From contig JBHGNT010000010.1 of NCBI GenBank assembly GCA_043228905.1, positions 21,390,001 through 21,454,000 on the forward strand: a DNA stretch of 64,000 nucleotides, written 5' to 3'. Position 1 is the stretch's first letter; each line of letters begins with the position of its first letter. Below the pieces are notes generated by a model. That model was given only the letters and a program-made list of their open reading frames with translations, ran no database searches and had not been told where the DNA came from. Below, piece after piece: positions 1 through 14,570 of the stretch. The DNA comes from Azolla caroliniana (Eukaryota; Plantae; Polypodiophyta). The translations under genes and the position numbers were made by a program.

Positions 1-255
1 TACGCCTGCATGGTTGATTTATTCGGCCGTGCAGGTCACTTTGACAGGGTAGCAACCTTGCTTGCAAACATTCACCATTCCAATCATCTTCCACTTCTCA
101 AGAATATATTGGGTTCTTGTGGAAAATGGAGCAATGTGGAACTTGGGAGGTGGGCATTTGAGCAACTGGTACAATTAGACAAAGAGTGTGCGGCTGTGTA
201 TGTTTGCATGGAAAATATATATGCAGCTGCTGAAATGCAAACAGAATCAGGTTGA
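1..255 (+). CDS. 3' end of a PLS-class pentatricopeptide repeat protein with a truncated E domain (gene starts before the window)
   Basis: The frame from base 1 reads YACMVDLFGRAGHF...LGSCGKWSNVELGRWAFEQLVQLD...AVYVCMENIYAAA. This matches the last PPR motif plus E1/E2 of plant editing-type PPRs. Stop TGA at 253-255. Confidence 0.88.
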   Translation, partial: YACMVDLFGRAGHFDRVATLLANIHHSNHLPLLKNILGSCGKWSNVELGRWAFEQLVQLDKECAAVYVCMENIYAAAEMQTESG

Positions 256-415
256 AATGGGATTTTGAAAGTAGAGACGAAGCATGGTAGATACAAGTGC
301 ATAGCCAGAAAGGGAACATGCATTCATGTGGATTAGGGCAATAAAAACGATTCTAAAAGTGGAGGGATTCATTACAGGATGCATTTGTTTGTCTTGGCCT
401 ATCTGTAATTGCTAT

Positions 416-510
416 CTGTGCCTCTGTAATTACTAAAAATATAGGTACTTGTTATAACTCAAGCTGTGCCTATCTGTAATTACTAAGAATATAGGTACTG
501 GTTATAACTC
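416..510. repeat. ~50-bp tandem duplication downstream of the PPR stop
   Basis: Two near-identical copies of ctgtgcc(ta)tctgtaattactaa(a/g)aatataggtact(t/g)gttataactc. Confidence 0.8.
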
Positions 511-979
511 TTACAATTGATTCATGTATCTTTTATCAATGATAATGTCACACATTTTTCATATGTACTGACAGGTGGCAGTGTTTTTTAACATGAAAAC
601 ATGGCATTCCTTCCACTGTAAATTACTCAAGTTACAACACACCTTGCCTTGGTTTAGTTAAGTAGCAAATATTACCAAAATTCATCAGTGGTCCATAATG
701 TCGTAAGTAATGCAGCATCCGTAACCCACTATATTCATAATAAAGAAAAAGGTATAATAAACTAACAGAATTTGGTGTAAATTCTACTTTTTGAAATATT
801 GTCAAACTTTTGTCTGGTAACTGATTCCTTTTATTTACTTTATTGTGTACATATTCAGATAAATGCTTTCGCGCTTATACTCTTTGTTCTAATGCTGTGA
901 ATGATTTCTGCTCTAATGGTCACTGACTGGAGCATCAATGCTGAAGTACGAATACAAAAGAAAGCCACTTTCTTTGAAA

Positions 980-3900
980 TTATGTTTTTATTACTTCTGA
1001 TGACCTTGAAGGTGTGGAAACAACAAGATATGGTACATCCTTGGGAATCCTAAGAACCAGACTAGATGTGTCCCAACCAGCTTCTTTCATCTTGCGAACA
1101 AATTCAGGGTAATTGCTTCCTAATTCACAAAGACTCGTAGCCAATATGGACATCTGATTACTCAGTCTCGAAGCCCTTTCCTTTTTATGCATTGAGCTCA
1201 AGAAATCTTCTTGTGATTCTATTGAAGCCATTATCCATTCGGCTTGCCATATGGACCGCAGAATTGTTTCACTCGTGGCTCCTTCCTGGAAGAACAAGAT
1301 TTTTGGAAGGCATGAAAAAATATCTCGGACATAAATACGTGAAAATATCTCTTTCAGGTCTACTTGAAATATTACCTTGAAAAGGATTTTGATGTTCACT
1401 TTTTGCATCTCAGTTGAATCCAGTACAAGCACATGTAACTCATTTGAATACAAATCCAGAAGTGCCGTTACCTGTTCAAGAAGGTTAAAGTTATTTTTCA
1501 TTTATTTGAATCAAGATAATACTATTAGCAAGAACACAATGCATATGAAATTCACATTACACTATTGTTAGATTAGTTCTGTAAAGTATGAATTCCAGTT
1601 ATACGGAGCACCAGCAACCTAGGATTTTCCACCTTGAAAGACAGCTAAAGTTACCCATTTTTTGAATAGATGGATCATGCATACCTCAGACATGAAAATT
1701 TCACCACTTAATGCATCTCCCAAAGAACAACCTAATTGAAGGTGAGGTCTTGAAAATTGCCAAGGAAAAATAATGTTCTCCATGTTATTGCATTCAGATA
1801 CCCCTATAAACACCAACAATACACTCAGATGTTCTCCAATTCTTATGCTTAACAATCTTAAACTAGCTAGATGATCATGTACCTGGAACAGAGGAGCAAG
1901 TGACATGCATTTTTGCCATGATAAAAGCTCGCTTGAAGTTAATCTATTACACGATAAGCTTGCTGAGAATACTTCATTCAACGTTACAAATTGAGTTGCA
2001 ACTTATTATTAAATAAAAGATTTCACTTGAAACATACAGTTGGGAATTGTAATGATGCAAGTGATTGATAGCGGAACCAAAGATGAATAGGTCTTATCAA
2101 AGCCCAAGTCCAAACCAATACTGAATATGATGTCAATATGTCTGGTGAAGACTGTCTTGTTAAGAATAAAACAATAAACATCAGTGCAAGGATTATCAGG
2201 TATAGCTGATACGTACATATAATTAACAGTTTATAATATTAATAGCAAATCTACCAATAATGCCACACCAAGAGCAATCCCAAGAAGTTCAGCTACAACT
2301 GCCCACACCTCCTCCTGTAATTATCAACAGTGAGTATACAAAAAAACTGTAAGTATCCTGGGGTAGCCCAGAGTACATTTCCGTACCTTGGCAGAAACTT
2401 CTCCCATATTCCCAGAAATAGCAAAATGATTCTGAATTACTTTAAAGGAGGGATCTTTAAGTCCTCTTCCCACAGCCTGATGAATAAGACCACAATTAAC
2501 CAACCATGCATTTCCTGTTTAATGCAACAACATTTTACAATATCTCATATCATGTTGTGATCCTATGCTAAGAGTACTTTATAAATAGTATTATCGATAA
2601 TCTAAACCTTAGTAAGACGCCCAAGGGAAGCAAGAGGAAGAAACCATTCCGGTTTAACTGGAGTTAGGAGCTCGAAAATGCTGAGGAAGACAGAAGGATT
2701 AAAGTTTATTATGTAGATTTGACTTCTTCAATTGTTTCATAAAGTGCAGCTAACCTTCCAAAGCTACCAATCAATTCAGCATACATTCTCCATTGTTTAG
2801 GGTCATCATCAAAGACCCTTCCAAATCGACCACCTACCACCAATAATACATTTAAGGGGAAAACGCGCATGTAGTTCATTATCCTTAAACTACTGACTTC
2901 AAAAGAGTTTAATATATACCAATAAAAAGCCGACCAAATGCTCCTAAGCCATCTTTAGAAACCCATCTTCAAGTTATTGAAAAATAGATACATGATAAAA
3001 TATCAATTCCGTGGATCAGGAAACAAATTAATAAAAATGTTATAATAGCATTAACAAAGCATTGTATATCCATCCAGTTATGACCGCGATAACAATTCAA
3101 AGGATAGGAGAACAAGTTAAAACAAATACTGTATAATGTGCCAAAATATTATTCCCTGATTGTATACCTACACATTCACTCATCTATGAATATTCAAGAC
3201 ATATCTGATTACTAGATATATATGATCATTCAACGGACTTTTGACAATTGTGTAGGATTAATAAATCATTCTCGTTTACTCCTGAAATTTTAATTGTTCA
3301 AATTACCTGGAAAGATGCTTAACCATAAAGCATAATGCCCTAAAGTTCTGAAAGTAATCAAATACTCAATCTCTTCCCATGAAACTTTGGTCATGTCGCA
3401 CAACATTGTCAAGTAAATCCAGTAATGCAGATTTAAAGAGGACATCATAAAACACTAAATTATGTGCATATCTACATAATCGGTTGATGAAGAGGACATC
3501 ATCTAGTGATCAAGAAGAATCAGCTGAAGAAGAAACTTTTGAATGATCCCAGATTTTGAAATTGAAGTCAGTTGTAACAAAACAAATTAACCATGCCTAG
3601 ATTACATAAACATATAGCAATTTCACTTCTTCCACTGAGAATCATTAACTCACTTTATGGCTGCTGTTGCGGCAATAGTAGTTCCTGCCCATGAATCCAC
3701 ACCAACAGCCTTACCTCATGTAGAAAAATATTTTCCATTCAGATGTGTTTCATGTTACAGAATGTTTCTTAAAAAGAATGATTTTACCTTAAGAAGACTC
3801 GATGTTACTAATGTACTGCATGCCCATCCTGTTACATTGGTAGGAAACTGCCAAAGCATATAGCGCAAATAATCATGTGAAACACTATCTGTTTCAAAAA

Positions 3901-5378
3901 CAAGACAGGATAGTTACATAGATAGATAACAATGTTTCTGAATATCACTGCTATATTATGAGTCTATAACTTATAATCCTAGTTGACATAAGGATTAGTT
4001 TAAGGTTAGACGAATACCTGGAAAATCTGTTGGCAAAAAGAAATCCTTCATAACTTGGGGAAGGCGAGATGGTGACACAAAGTCTAAAGGAGAAGTGATT
4101 GTATTTGATACATAAGAGACAGATTCCTTTCTAGTTTCTTCATAGATCAGCTTATCATTCTCATCCACTGTATACCTTCATGAATATGAAAAGATCCAGG
4201 AATAAGATGTCAAACAGCGTCTTTCTTCATATATAAGTTCACTTGCCATCAAATGTATAACCTTGATAAATATATAAAAGTTACAAAACGAAGACATTAT
4301 TAAAGGATCAGAGAAGCATTCCTTATTCGACAGGCTTAAACTATCAATGCAACAAATTTTAACACAAAAAATTCAAAATTTTGGCTGCAAAGAGTATATC
4401 TTATTTAATCTGCTAGTGATGAGTTGCAACCTTCTTCCCTCTTCAATATCTTTAAATATACTGGCAAGTATACAACATCTCTATACCCTCCACGCTTGGC
4501 ATAATAGAGGCAGCATAAATCAGATGTTGAATGAATCTAGAATGATGATACTGCTGTGAATCTTTGGTTGTTATTAATATAATATTCACGAATTTTTGGC
4601 ATCAACATATAATAAATCCATAGACGATCCCAAGAAGATCACAAAAGGTAACCAAATTTGAGCTGATGGGAACATAATGCGTCATTAATTGTTAATTCAA
4701 ACATCCATTGAGACAATAAAAGCAACAACCACAGCTGACGAAAAAATTATCGGCAATGCCACAAGGTTAATTTCAAGCTTTTGAGATTGAGTAAAGAAAG
4801 TTCACTTTAAACAAAGAAAAATCTGAGCTGGATAATAAATATCAAAACTTATTGGCTGCTTTAAACGTACAAACAAATGAAAAAAAAGGAATCTCAGATG
4901 AATAACAAATACTTACTCACGCAATAGGGATTTCCCAAGTGTTTCTTGTAGCATAAAAATTTGAGTTTCTTCTCTTGCTGTACTGCATTATAAAAGAAAA
5001 TACACACAAATTCATCTTAACGTTAGCTCTGCACATTTTCCTCCATGTGTTCCTTGCGGAGAAATCCTGAGGTTAGGAGATGCAAAGTCTTTTCAAGGAA
5101 AACTATAAGTTTTATCTCTGAGTGCAAGATTATCTTTATGGAGTGGTTATAATTCTTGAAGAATTTCACAATGAAGAGACAACCTTAAGGTTAAGGTTTA
5201 CGCACTTTGCTTTGTTGACATCACGTTCATTCCTGACGCACAAGCCAAGGCGTTTCCCACTCCATGGAAACCTCGCAGAGTCTTTGCTTCTTCTTCTTCT
5301 GAGAAAGGAAAGGCTTCCACAAAGTTGAAGAGGTCTCCATGAGAATCTCGGAGAAATTCTGTCGTGGCAGAGCTCCAT
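980..5378 (-). CDS. RUS5: ROOT UVB SENSITIVE 5-like (DUF647), multi-exon, with a probable N-terminal transit peptide
   Basis: Spliced exons give KDFFLPTDFP-SVSHDYLRYMLWQFPTNVTGWACSTLVTSSLLK-AVGV...AAIK-WVSKDGLGAFGRLFIG-GRFGRVFDDDPKQWRMYA...AVGRGLKDPSFKVIQNHFAISGNMGEVSAK-EEVW...LWFRYQSLASLQF...EGATSETILRSIWQA...AGWDT, with GT-AG boundaries. The first exons are less certain. Confidence 0.92.
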
Positions 5379-7424
5379 GGTTGATGACCGTCTTTCTCAA
5401 GGAGAAGCCATGGGGAGGGAAATACCTTCCTTATCTTTAGCTTCTTATTAGTTTTCTGTATATTTTGGAGTCGATGAAATGATATGGAAATGTTTTGGGG
5501 TTAGGCCTCAAATTATCTGAAACTACAAAGTTAGCCCGAAACTGTAGCCATAGCCATAGCCATAGCCATTAGTTTTTGTGTTGTTAGTCCAATTGTGGTC
5601 ACGGTTAACTTCTTCATTTATGCGTAGGAAAACCAGGATGCCGTTCATGAGCATCTCGAGATTATGAAAATTCATTGTGCCGTTTTGCAAGTCATCCAAC
5701 CCATTGTCTTAATACTCTTAACTACATTAATTCCAGATACTAAGCTTCCTAGCTCCATTCAGTCAATCACAACAATCTTTGAAAATGAAAAAAGCTTGAT
5801 TAGGTATGGCATCCAAGTGAATATCATTCCATGTGATCTCGTTATATAAGACCAAGCGTGTGTTTGCATTTGTTCAAAACATGTCAAAATAAGTATTGTG
5901 TATACCGTAGACAATGAAGACATGCGCGTCAAGGTCATCAAATATACCAATGCACATTATATCTCTCCTTTCTAAAATTTTGTTTGAATGTGAACATTGA
6001 CCAACATTTTATAACGTTAATCTGTTATTGTTTCACCGTTGGAATCCAAATGTGATGTGTTGGTATTTGCAAATTTTGCAAACATATCGTTACATGCCCA
6101 AGTTGAGCCTCTACGTGTATTGAACCATTGGCAATGTCAAAAGGCCAAATATAACATTACTTCCAAATACAGTAATTGTTCAATGAGCTTGTTTTCTTCT
6201 CAACCATAATGAAAATTGAATGTATTGTCCGAAACTGTGTGTGCACATGAAAATAGAAATTTTCATATTTGAATTTTTGAGAGAGTGGAAGCTACATCAA
6301 AGCTTCTTGTAGAATTGTGTACATGAAACAACATGCGTATACAAAAATTAAACCATGCAACATCTTTGAATATGAATATTTGAGAAATCTCTTAGGAGAT
6401 TTAAGTAAAAAGGGGTAGAAATCAACACGCGTTTCATGAGAAGAATCAAAATTTAAATATGACAATCTGTAAAATCTCTCAAGTGATTGAAGTAGCCAAG
6501 GTCTCCTCCATCCTACCATGTAAAACAAATCGCACGAAAGTTGGATTTGGATGTGTGTCATGATGCATTTCATCTTTAGCTAACAGAAAAATGGTATGAC
6601 AATTTCTTTTGCATTCATGCAACACACCGTTATTTTTAAATTATATTGAGTACATTCATTTGTGGCAATTATCTCCAAACCAATTCCCATCTGTCTTATT
6701 TAACATTTTTTTCACGGTGCAAGAATAAGAAATTAACCTAATGTTTCAATGTCTTTCCTTTTCTTGGCCTAATCAAATTTTCAAATATACTAACTCGAAC
6801 ATGTGAGTTCAAATTTTACTACAAAATGTTGCTATGTTTAGTTGTTACCATTCTCATGATTGACATTACTATTTGTCATGCATCAAAAATGGATTTTTAT
6901 TTTTAACAAAAGATTATTTCATGCCATCTATTGATTTGTTGAAACCGATGACAACTTTCTTGCTTTGCAGAATCTCTTGTTGAAACATACTTCTATGCTT
7001 GAAAGCCAATGTACTTAGAACATGTTTGTGGCCAGGTCCTGACAATTATTAATATTTGTAAATGATTATGTACTTACCAAAGGTTTATATGAGTGTATGC
7101 CAACAAAATAAGTGAACTTACATTTAAGACAGCATTTTATTGAAGACTGTCTTCAATTAGGTCAAACCTTGGCCTTAGTAAGAGGTGAAGAAAGACTTCA
7201 GGAAAAAAACTACCTGATTTTGCTACAATGATGTGCTATGAAATACAAAACAAACACCACACATGCCTTCCTTCCAAAAAGCACTTTCACCATAAGATGT
7301 CGAAGGTGGCAAGTGAGAGGCCACCTTCCAAAATACACTTTGCTTCTCCAAATTTGTTCAAGATTTATGAGCACCACCATCAAAACCACATACTAGTTTT
7401 GTTTCTTTTTTCTCCCCAATTTGT

Positions 7425-10400
7425 TCAAGCTTTTTTATCTCTCCAGGGTTGCATCACTGGAACCACAATAATAACAATGATAAGAAGTAAAAGTAAAATG
7501 GCAAATATCACCCATTTTCTTTTGTTCTTCTGAAGCTTCTTGGCTTTTGCCAAGACTGCAGTCCCTGCCTCAGTATATTCTGCAGCTTTAGCTACCTGAA
7601 CCAGAGCAGATGACAAAATGTGACTAAACAATATGCTGATATGCCCAATTAATTCAATAGAGAAACGAAATGACGTGTAACCTGTTCTTCAATATTGTCT
7701 AAGATTTCTCCTTGTGACTCCACAAGGACAGCCATATCTAGAAAAATCTGTACAAAAACAAAACAGATGAGCTACACCTTACACTCCCATGGAATTGAAA
7801 ACTCTTGGTGACACCTATTAAAGACCCTATGCATGAACAATTCATTGTATCACTCTAAAATGTATTTTGAAAATTAGCGGATGAAGCAAGTCAAGAACAT
7901 GGGATTACTGGTAATGGAGACACAACGAAATGGAAAATGGGGCGACCAAAAGTGAAACATTAGTGGCTATATTGTGAACAGATTCCTGTTTGTATTTGTG
8001 TATGCTTCACCAATTCTAATAACTATTGTTTTAATGTATGTTTCCTACTCTAGATAGAATTTTCTTGTTAAAAGAAAAAAGGGAAAATGTCCAAATGCAT
8101 GCATTCTGAAGCACAGACCCATGGACCAACGCATATCCTGTGTTAATTTTGTTTTTATACCATCGAACTTCCTGATAGAGTAATTTTTATATTGAAGCCC
8201 TCGATTGTATTATCATGCATACAAAGTATTTCCCCCTATCAATACTATGCCTTTGCATTATCATGCATACAAAATGTTTCCCCCTCTTGATAGTTGATGT
8301 GTCGAAACATTGGTTTTTGTAAGTATAAAGAAATAATTTGACCTGGTGTAATTCAAGTAGCTTTTGCTCAAGATCCTTCACTGCTTCATGGCGTTCCTCT
8401 ATTTCAGCCAATGTGGACAAAATGTGTCCCTGGCCTTGGTCTTGTATTGCCTTCTGAAAAATTCTTTCACTTTCTCCTGTCTCTATGAGATTTTCAACAA
8501 GCTGGCATATTTAGAGCACCAATCATTCATTTTCAGAGATTTCATCTCGAATTGTAAACATCATATTGCCATATGTCATCTTCAGTTTGCAAGCATGATT
8601 AAGACATCAAGAAATCCAACCTCAGCATCAGGCTCCTGTCCAGACACTGCAGAAAATGAACATGCCAACAAGTTCAGCATGATCTATAACACATTTGATT
8701 AGCATAAGCTTTACATGCACAAATTCCTCCTGATAGAGATACTTCCATAAAAGGAAATCCCTCTGAGCCTTCTTTTCTATAAAACATGATGATTCTCTCA
8801 AGTATTTTTGTTTCATTGTGTTGGGGCCTATACCCTGGCCTCTAGTGGTACGCCATATTTTTAGTAAATTGCAGATTTGGGTTCCAATCTCACACTATTT
8901 TATTAGAGGACCTTTTCTATGAAACGTGATGATTCTCTCAAATATTTTTGTTTCGTTTGTGTTGGGGCCTATACCCTGGCCTCTAGTGGTACGCCATATT
9001 TTTAGTAAATTGCAGATTTGGGTTCCACTCTCACAATATTTTACTAGATGATCTTCTGGTCTACACCAGACAACCTTACCACTGAGCTATTGGTTCTGAA
9101 AAGCTTCCATATCGACTGAACTGTTGGTTCTGTGCACAATTACAACTTTTCAAAGGATAAATTGTGATGGAAAACTAGACTGCTCCACACTAGCTAAACG
9201 TTTATAGGAGGTTTAGAGATCTGAAGTGCCAACATGATTGTAGTCATGCATTTGAGCAATATAGCCCCACTTAATCAATTTGTATCAGCCATGCCAATTA
9301 TTTTTAATTAGTTCCTATCCTTCTTCACAGCTTCAATGCCCGAACAGCCTTTAAATTACAATGCACACACTGTGATGAATATTGTTCTGGAAGTTGTGAC
9401 CTTCACTAATATGGTGATTCCTTTCATTGCATGAACTCTAATATAAGCCAACCTTGTAAACCCACACAACATCTTTGTTAGTATTTCCTAAGAGGCAACC
9501 TATTGTCAAAGAGGCCCAAGTTTGGAAAGTTACAGTAAAGGCCAAACGTAAGAATAAAAGACAGGACTTTACATCCTGTCTTGTTTACTGTACTTTTCAG
9601 TAAAAAATCGGAGAGTCTTTGTCATTTAAATTTACAAACAAGAGGGCAGTGCATCACCTTGTGCTTTGCACTAATATCTTGTTTTTAGTCATAAGAAGAT
9701 TCGATTCTATGTTAGATATGATTCAACAATCAAGTAAGCAGGAAAAAAACTAATCCAACAGAAAAGACTATAAAAGAAGTTAACCTGTAAAAATTCTTCT
9801 TTCAACGACACTTCTATATTCATCTCGTAGCTTCTGCCTTAGGTTCTTTTATTCCTCATCAATGATCATGCAGTTGACAAAAATGTTAGACAGTTCTGTA
9901 TGTTAATTTTCTATTTCAAAAATTTCGAGATCAGGTTTTCAAATCAGCTTTTTCTGAAAACTTTATTGTTAAGGTATTGGCAACATTTTCATCTCACTAC
10001 TGTCCTTACATATGAAGGTTAGGTTTTCCGTCACTATTGAAAACAGGCTCATCCTTAATGGAGGATTAACGTGGAAGGTTTCTTAGCTTAGAGGTGGCAT
10101 GAGGTTTGCATTTCATGCCACAAGGATAGATCCTAGGAACAGATATATTCACAGATATGCTACTCATATTTGACCCTGTCATAGTGAAACAACCTTCTCC
10201 AAGTGGTAAAAGAAAATTCATGGCCTCTAATTTTGGTGCAACCTGGATCTATATTGAAGGCTGTGGCATAGTCTTGAAATCTAAAACATTCTACTATTAA
10301 CCTTTTAGTGCACAAAGGTGGATCACGAAAAAGTAGGTACATACACATTCCATACATGTGTCTACCCTATGTAGATATAAACATAACCCTTCTTCTGCAT

Positions 10401-13379
10401 GCATACACATTGTTGAGACATCAAGCTCAATCACACTTTGTGAAGAATGTGTGATAAAGTTTATCCTTGTATTAGATGGATGAAAAATACATTGTATTGA
10501 ATGGGAGATAACTTGTATTGAACGAGGTGGACACTTTAGATATCCCACTCATTCTCCCATCAATGTAGATTGGTGCAGACTTCTATAAGCCCCCTCTTGT
10601 ATCTAGTGTTGGCATCTTGATTCATAGTTGAGTTAGTCTTGATTTAGTTATAGCTTTATCATTATATAATCATCCCCCATTTTGCTACTAGATTTTTCTT
10701 TGTTGTACGTTGTCTATCTATCTATCTATCTCCATGTCCCTCCTCTCAAACATATACACATAACACACATATACTCCTTATATCTGCTCTGCATATACTT
10801 GATCCTCGATATAATTATATCTTAATTCTTTATACATGCATAATAGAATCAACCCAATGTATACTCATACAAAATCCTAGAGTAATACTACCATCTACTA
10901 TTGTGAAGATGAAGTGGTAAATCTAAAAATAGGCATTCACAATTGAGAAGTCAAGACCATATACACTAAAAATAGAACAAGAATTATCATACACGTCATA
11001 AAACGATTTCTCATGAATTAATATTTTTCTTAACAGTTGAAATGGAAGAGAGAGTGGCCCCTTGAATGGTAGTGCTCATTACCCTCCCATGAAACAACAC
11101 AGGACAAAGTGGAATTACAAATGCAGCTTGGTGTGTATAGTTTTGGTGGTGACAAGAACTTTCAGCACTCTGAGACCAAAAAAATCTACGTCAAAGGCGC
11201 CATAATTAAAATTTCCCAAAGAATGAGAACATTCACAACAAGATCACAATAATAGCATCCATGAAATATGGGCTTTCCAAAGAGAATCGATGGATGATGT
11301 AATGCTATTAACTGAAAGCTTCCTACTTTTAATAGGTTACAGAAGAATGATAGTTATCTGTAGAATCATGTGTGGTATGCAAATTTGTTTTAGGTTACAG
11401 GGTTAAAGGAAACAATATGAAGGGAAAACCTGAAAATCTGCCATCAAACAGTGCAGCTTTTTCTTTAAAACTCTGCACTCATGTTATATATACCTCAGAA
11501 GACTGCATATCTAAGACTATGTGAAGGATACTTATTAGAAATTTCAAAACTTGGACAGAGGATCTTACAAAGTCACCGATATCCTTGATCGATCTATACC
11601 ACTATCTTCCTCACAACCTGGTATTTTCCGATTAGCCAGATTCTGCAAATTGAAATTCTCAAGATTCAATTTTCGGCCTAACTTGTAGTGTAAATTACCC
11701 CTTCATATAATTTCTCTAGCTTTCCCTTGATTATTTTTGTTTGTTTCATTACTTCTTCTACACATAATTCCATCTAGGTATTTAGGCTGCCTAACTTGTA
11801 GGGTACATTACCTCTTCATCTAATTTCTCTAGCTTTCCCTTGATTATTTTGGTTTGTTTTATTACTTCATCTACACATAATTCCATCTTCTCCTTTGATG
11901 CTGCATCGATGAAATAAAATAGATTGAGAATAATGAAGGTGGTCATGCACAATTCTATAAAATCACAAAGCATTGAACTTAACAAACAAAGCATAACAAA
12001 ATTAGACATTCAATATATATGGGTGACCCTACTTCGAAAATGTAAGTTTCGCAACAAAACAATTTTAGAACTAATCCTTTCATTAGCATCTGAAATGGCA
12101 ACTGAAAAATATTGCACCCTAACAATATGAACTTGAACACAATTTGCATGTGTGGATCATCTATATACATCAAATGCACAATAGATCCGGTTCAATATAG
12201 CTTTAAAACTCTCATAATTACATAATTTTGTGAAAGCAAATCTTTAAGAACAGTATGAAGATTTAGAACCACACCTTTCATAGCAGCCGTCTTTGTAAGA
12301 GTCTTGGAAATTTCATTTTCTTCCTGTAAGAATTATGATTGTATTAAGATGAACTGGATTCTTATTGGCGTATTTCTTTGCTGCCGGCAACTATTACATC
12401 CTTCCTATTCAATGGGAATGGAATCTAACCTGAAGATTTCTAAGGAGGTTTTGTATTTTAAGCATATGTTCTTTAATCTCATCCACCTATAATGGTAAAA
12501 AGAACATGTGAATTATTAATTAACAAGAGCATGCATATGTTATTTTACTTACTACAAAAAGTTAGTTAAAATCATTTGCACAAAGATGAATCCCAAAAGA
12601 ACCTATGAGTGAGATTTTACATATATCGACTATCAACCTTTTGAAAGAAATCCAGAAGGGATCCATTAGGAATAGCATTAGAGCTAGCACCAGTTCCTGT
12701 TTCAATATCATAGTCTGGTATACTGTTTTGACATGCAGAGATAGTCGTAAAAACTTTGTCCTGTTTAAAGTCCTGTCAATCAAAACATGTGTTAGATACA
12801 AAGCATAATTGCAGCAATTCTAGTATAATATATCAACCTCTTTATTCCAAGAAAAAGAACCGATTGTACATAACGTTTCACAGGATATTCTCATCAACAT
12901 TCGGACTTCATCTTCTCATGAGTCTAGGATAAGCTTGAAATGGAAAATACCCAAAGGAATAACAGATTTTCAACACTATAACCTAGGGTGCTATAACTTT
13001 GTCTGAGACTAGAGTTACTCCCCTGGACTTAATCTACTATTAAGGACATTATCCTCAATGGAACTGTAGATATTGGCTACCATATTAGCAAACATGATAG
13101 TCCTATACTGTTTGGGATCCAGGGGATCTCCACTCTCAAATAAAGAAAAATATACTGACAACTCTAAGAGACCAGTATGGCTTATGAGACCCAGTAAGAT
13201 GAGTAAGGGGTTGCAACTGAAAATGTAATCTTCTCTTCAAGATAAAAAAGAAATTGGGTAAAACCTAGTTTAGGTAAATAAGGTATCCTAACAAGAGAGA
13301 AACACACACATACATAGAAAAGAGAAAGGGATAAATTTTAGAACATTATAACAGCAACCTCACGGAGAAGATCAATCAT
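7425..13379 (-). CDS. Qa-SNARE syntaxin of the SYP13 (SYP131/132) group, multi-exon
   Basis: Exons give MIDLLRE / DKVF...DYDIETG...LDFFQK / [16 protein letters not shown] / ...[11 protein letters not shown] / [20 protein letters not shown] / ...[24 protein letters not shown] / [22 protein letters not shown] / ...C-terminal [27 protein letters not shown] probable non-coding first exon lies near 15955-16250 (donor cag|gtgcgt). Confidence 0.92.
8772..9047. repeat. ~140-bp tandem duplication in a syntaxin intron (involves the SINE body)
   Basis: Two near-identical copies of ttttctat.aaac.tgatgattctctca...ggggcctataccctggcctctagtggtacgccatatttttagtaaattgcagatttgggttcca.tctcaca starting at ~8772 and ~8912. 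Confidence 0.9.
8955..9093 (-). mobile_element. tRNA-derived SINE copy 1 (A box intact, B box lost)
   Basis: The minus strand reads CCAATAGCTCAGTGGTAAGGTTGTCTGGTGTAGACCAGAAG. TAGCTCAGTGG is a Pol III A box, and the head matches copies at 41.4 and 48.9 kb. Confidence 0.55.
11678..11889 (-). repeat. Tandem duplication of most of a syntaxin exon plus its 5' splice site
   Basis: The true exon [25 protein letters not shown]|gtaatg (11811-11885) is followed by a copy [25 protein letters not shown]|gtaatt (11698-11774). Confidence 0.88.
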
Positions 13380-14570
13380 TTTTGCTAATGGTTTTTGTTC
13401 TTTAGCCGTCGTTCAATTGATACATGCAACATATCATATCTCTGCATGAAATAAGCTATAGAACTTTCATGGTTTTAATTAGGATAATTATTCTGAACAT
13501 TGTAACAGTCATTACATTACCACAATCATTGAAAGATTGCTCATACTTAATCATCAAATGATAACTTTCTTAAGATAATCATAATGGCATGATGCACGTG
13601 GCAATGAGATTATGGATGTCTAAGCCCAAAATACTACTTTGTACTAGGAGCACTAGAAAGTAAGGAATATTATCTTCTACTAAACGCTAGAATGATGAAT
13701 GAGACCAAACAATTTTTTAAATTGATAAGCCTTCAGTACATCTCTCATCAGATATTTTTTAAATTGTGTGGCCTTTGATACCTGTGACAGGCAATGATGG
13801 GAGAGGTTCCAGCAGTTTTGGCTGTTTCTACTCAAACGAGATGCGTGCAAAACAAATTATAGAAATGAATAATAAGTTTGTTCTTATTAATTTAAAAAGA
13901 TCTATTGTTTATCAAACACACTACACCTCCCTCTCCTCATACCATATGCATCTCCAGATCTATATCTAATAAATCCAATTTCAAAGTTTGCTTCCCAACA
14001 CGAGTGCATAGGGGTAGTCTATAATACATTTGAATCACAATTTGTTTCTACATAAAAATTGCTCAGATAAGTTAATAACTTTTTGTGTCTTTCTTCAAAT
14101 TCTTTTATTGAATTTGCACCCATACCAAACAACTCAATCTTAATAAAATTATCCACTAATCTGTCAAGGTCTTGTGTCTCCTGAATTTTCATTGTTGAGC
14201 ATGTGGGAGAACATATGCTTAGGAATCATGGAAACCATCCAAGACCAAGGTAAGACCCAATAGAAGGCCAAGGCATTAATATGCATAAAAGTGAGTGCAT
14301 GTAATCCCCAAGCTGACCAAGTGAAGAGGAAGACAAGTAACTGATATAGCTCAGCCCAAGAATTTCAAAGAAACAAATGTGAAGGGAACGCAAACCAGTA
14401 TGAGTTAGTGGACACCTTAGACATGAGAAGGAAGAGGTTAGCCATGATCCTATAGCATGATTGTACGGGTGTGGATCTCCTTGTAATGAAGATGTGTAAT
14501 CCCTGACATATACTCTCAATATAAGCACTTGGTGTTGTGATGTTGAATTTTTCAAGCAAAGCTAGGTAGT

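Noticed and set aside
10200-10860. LTR-like stretch in a syntaxin intron (ctataag-ccccctcttgta)
   Set aside because: No TG...CA termini, TSD or PBS could be defined.
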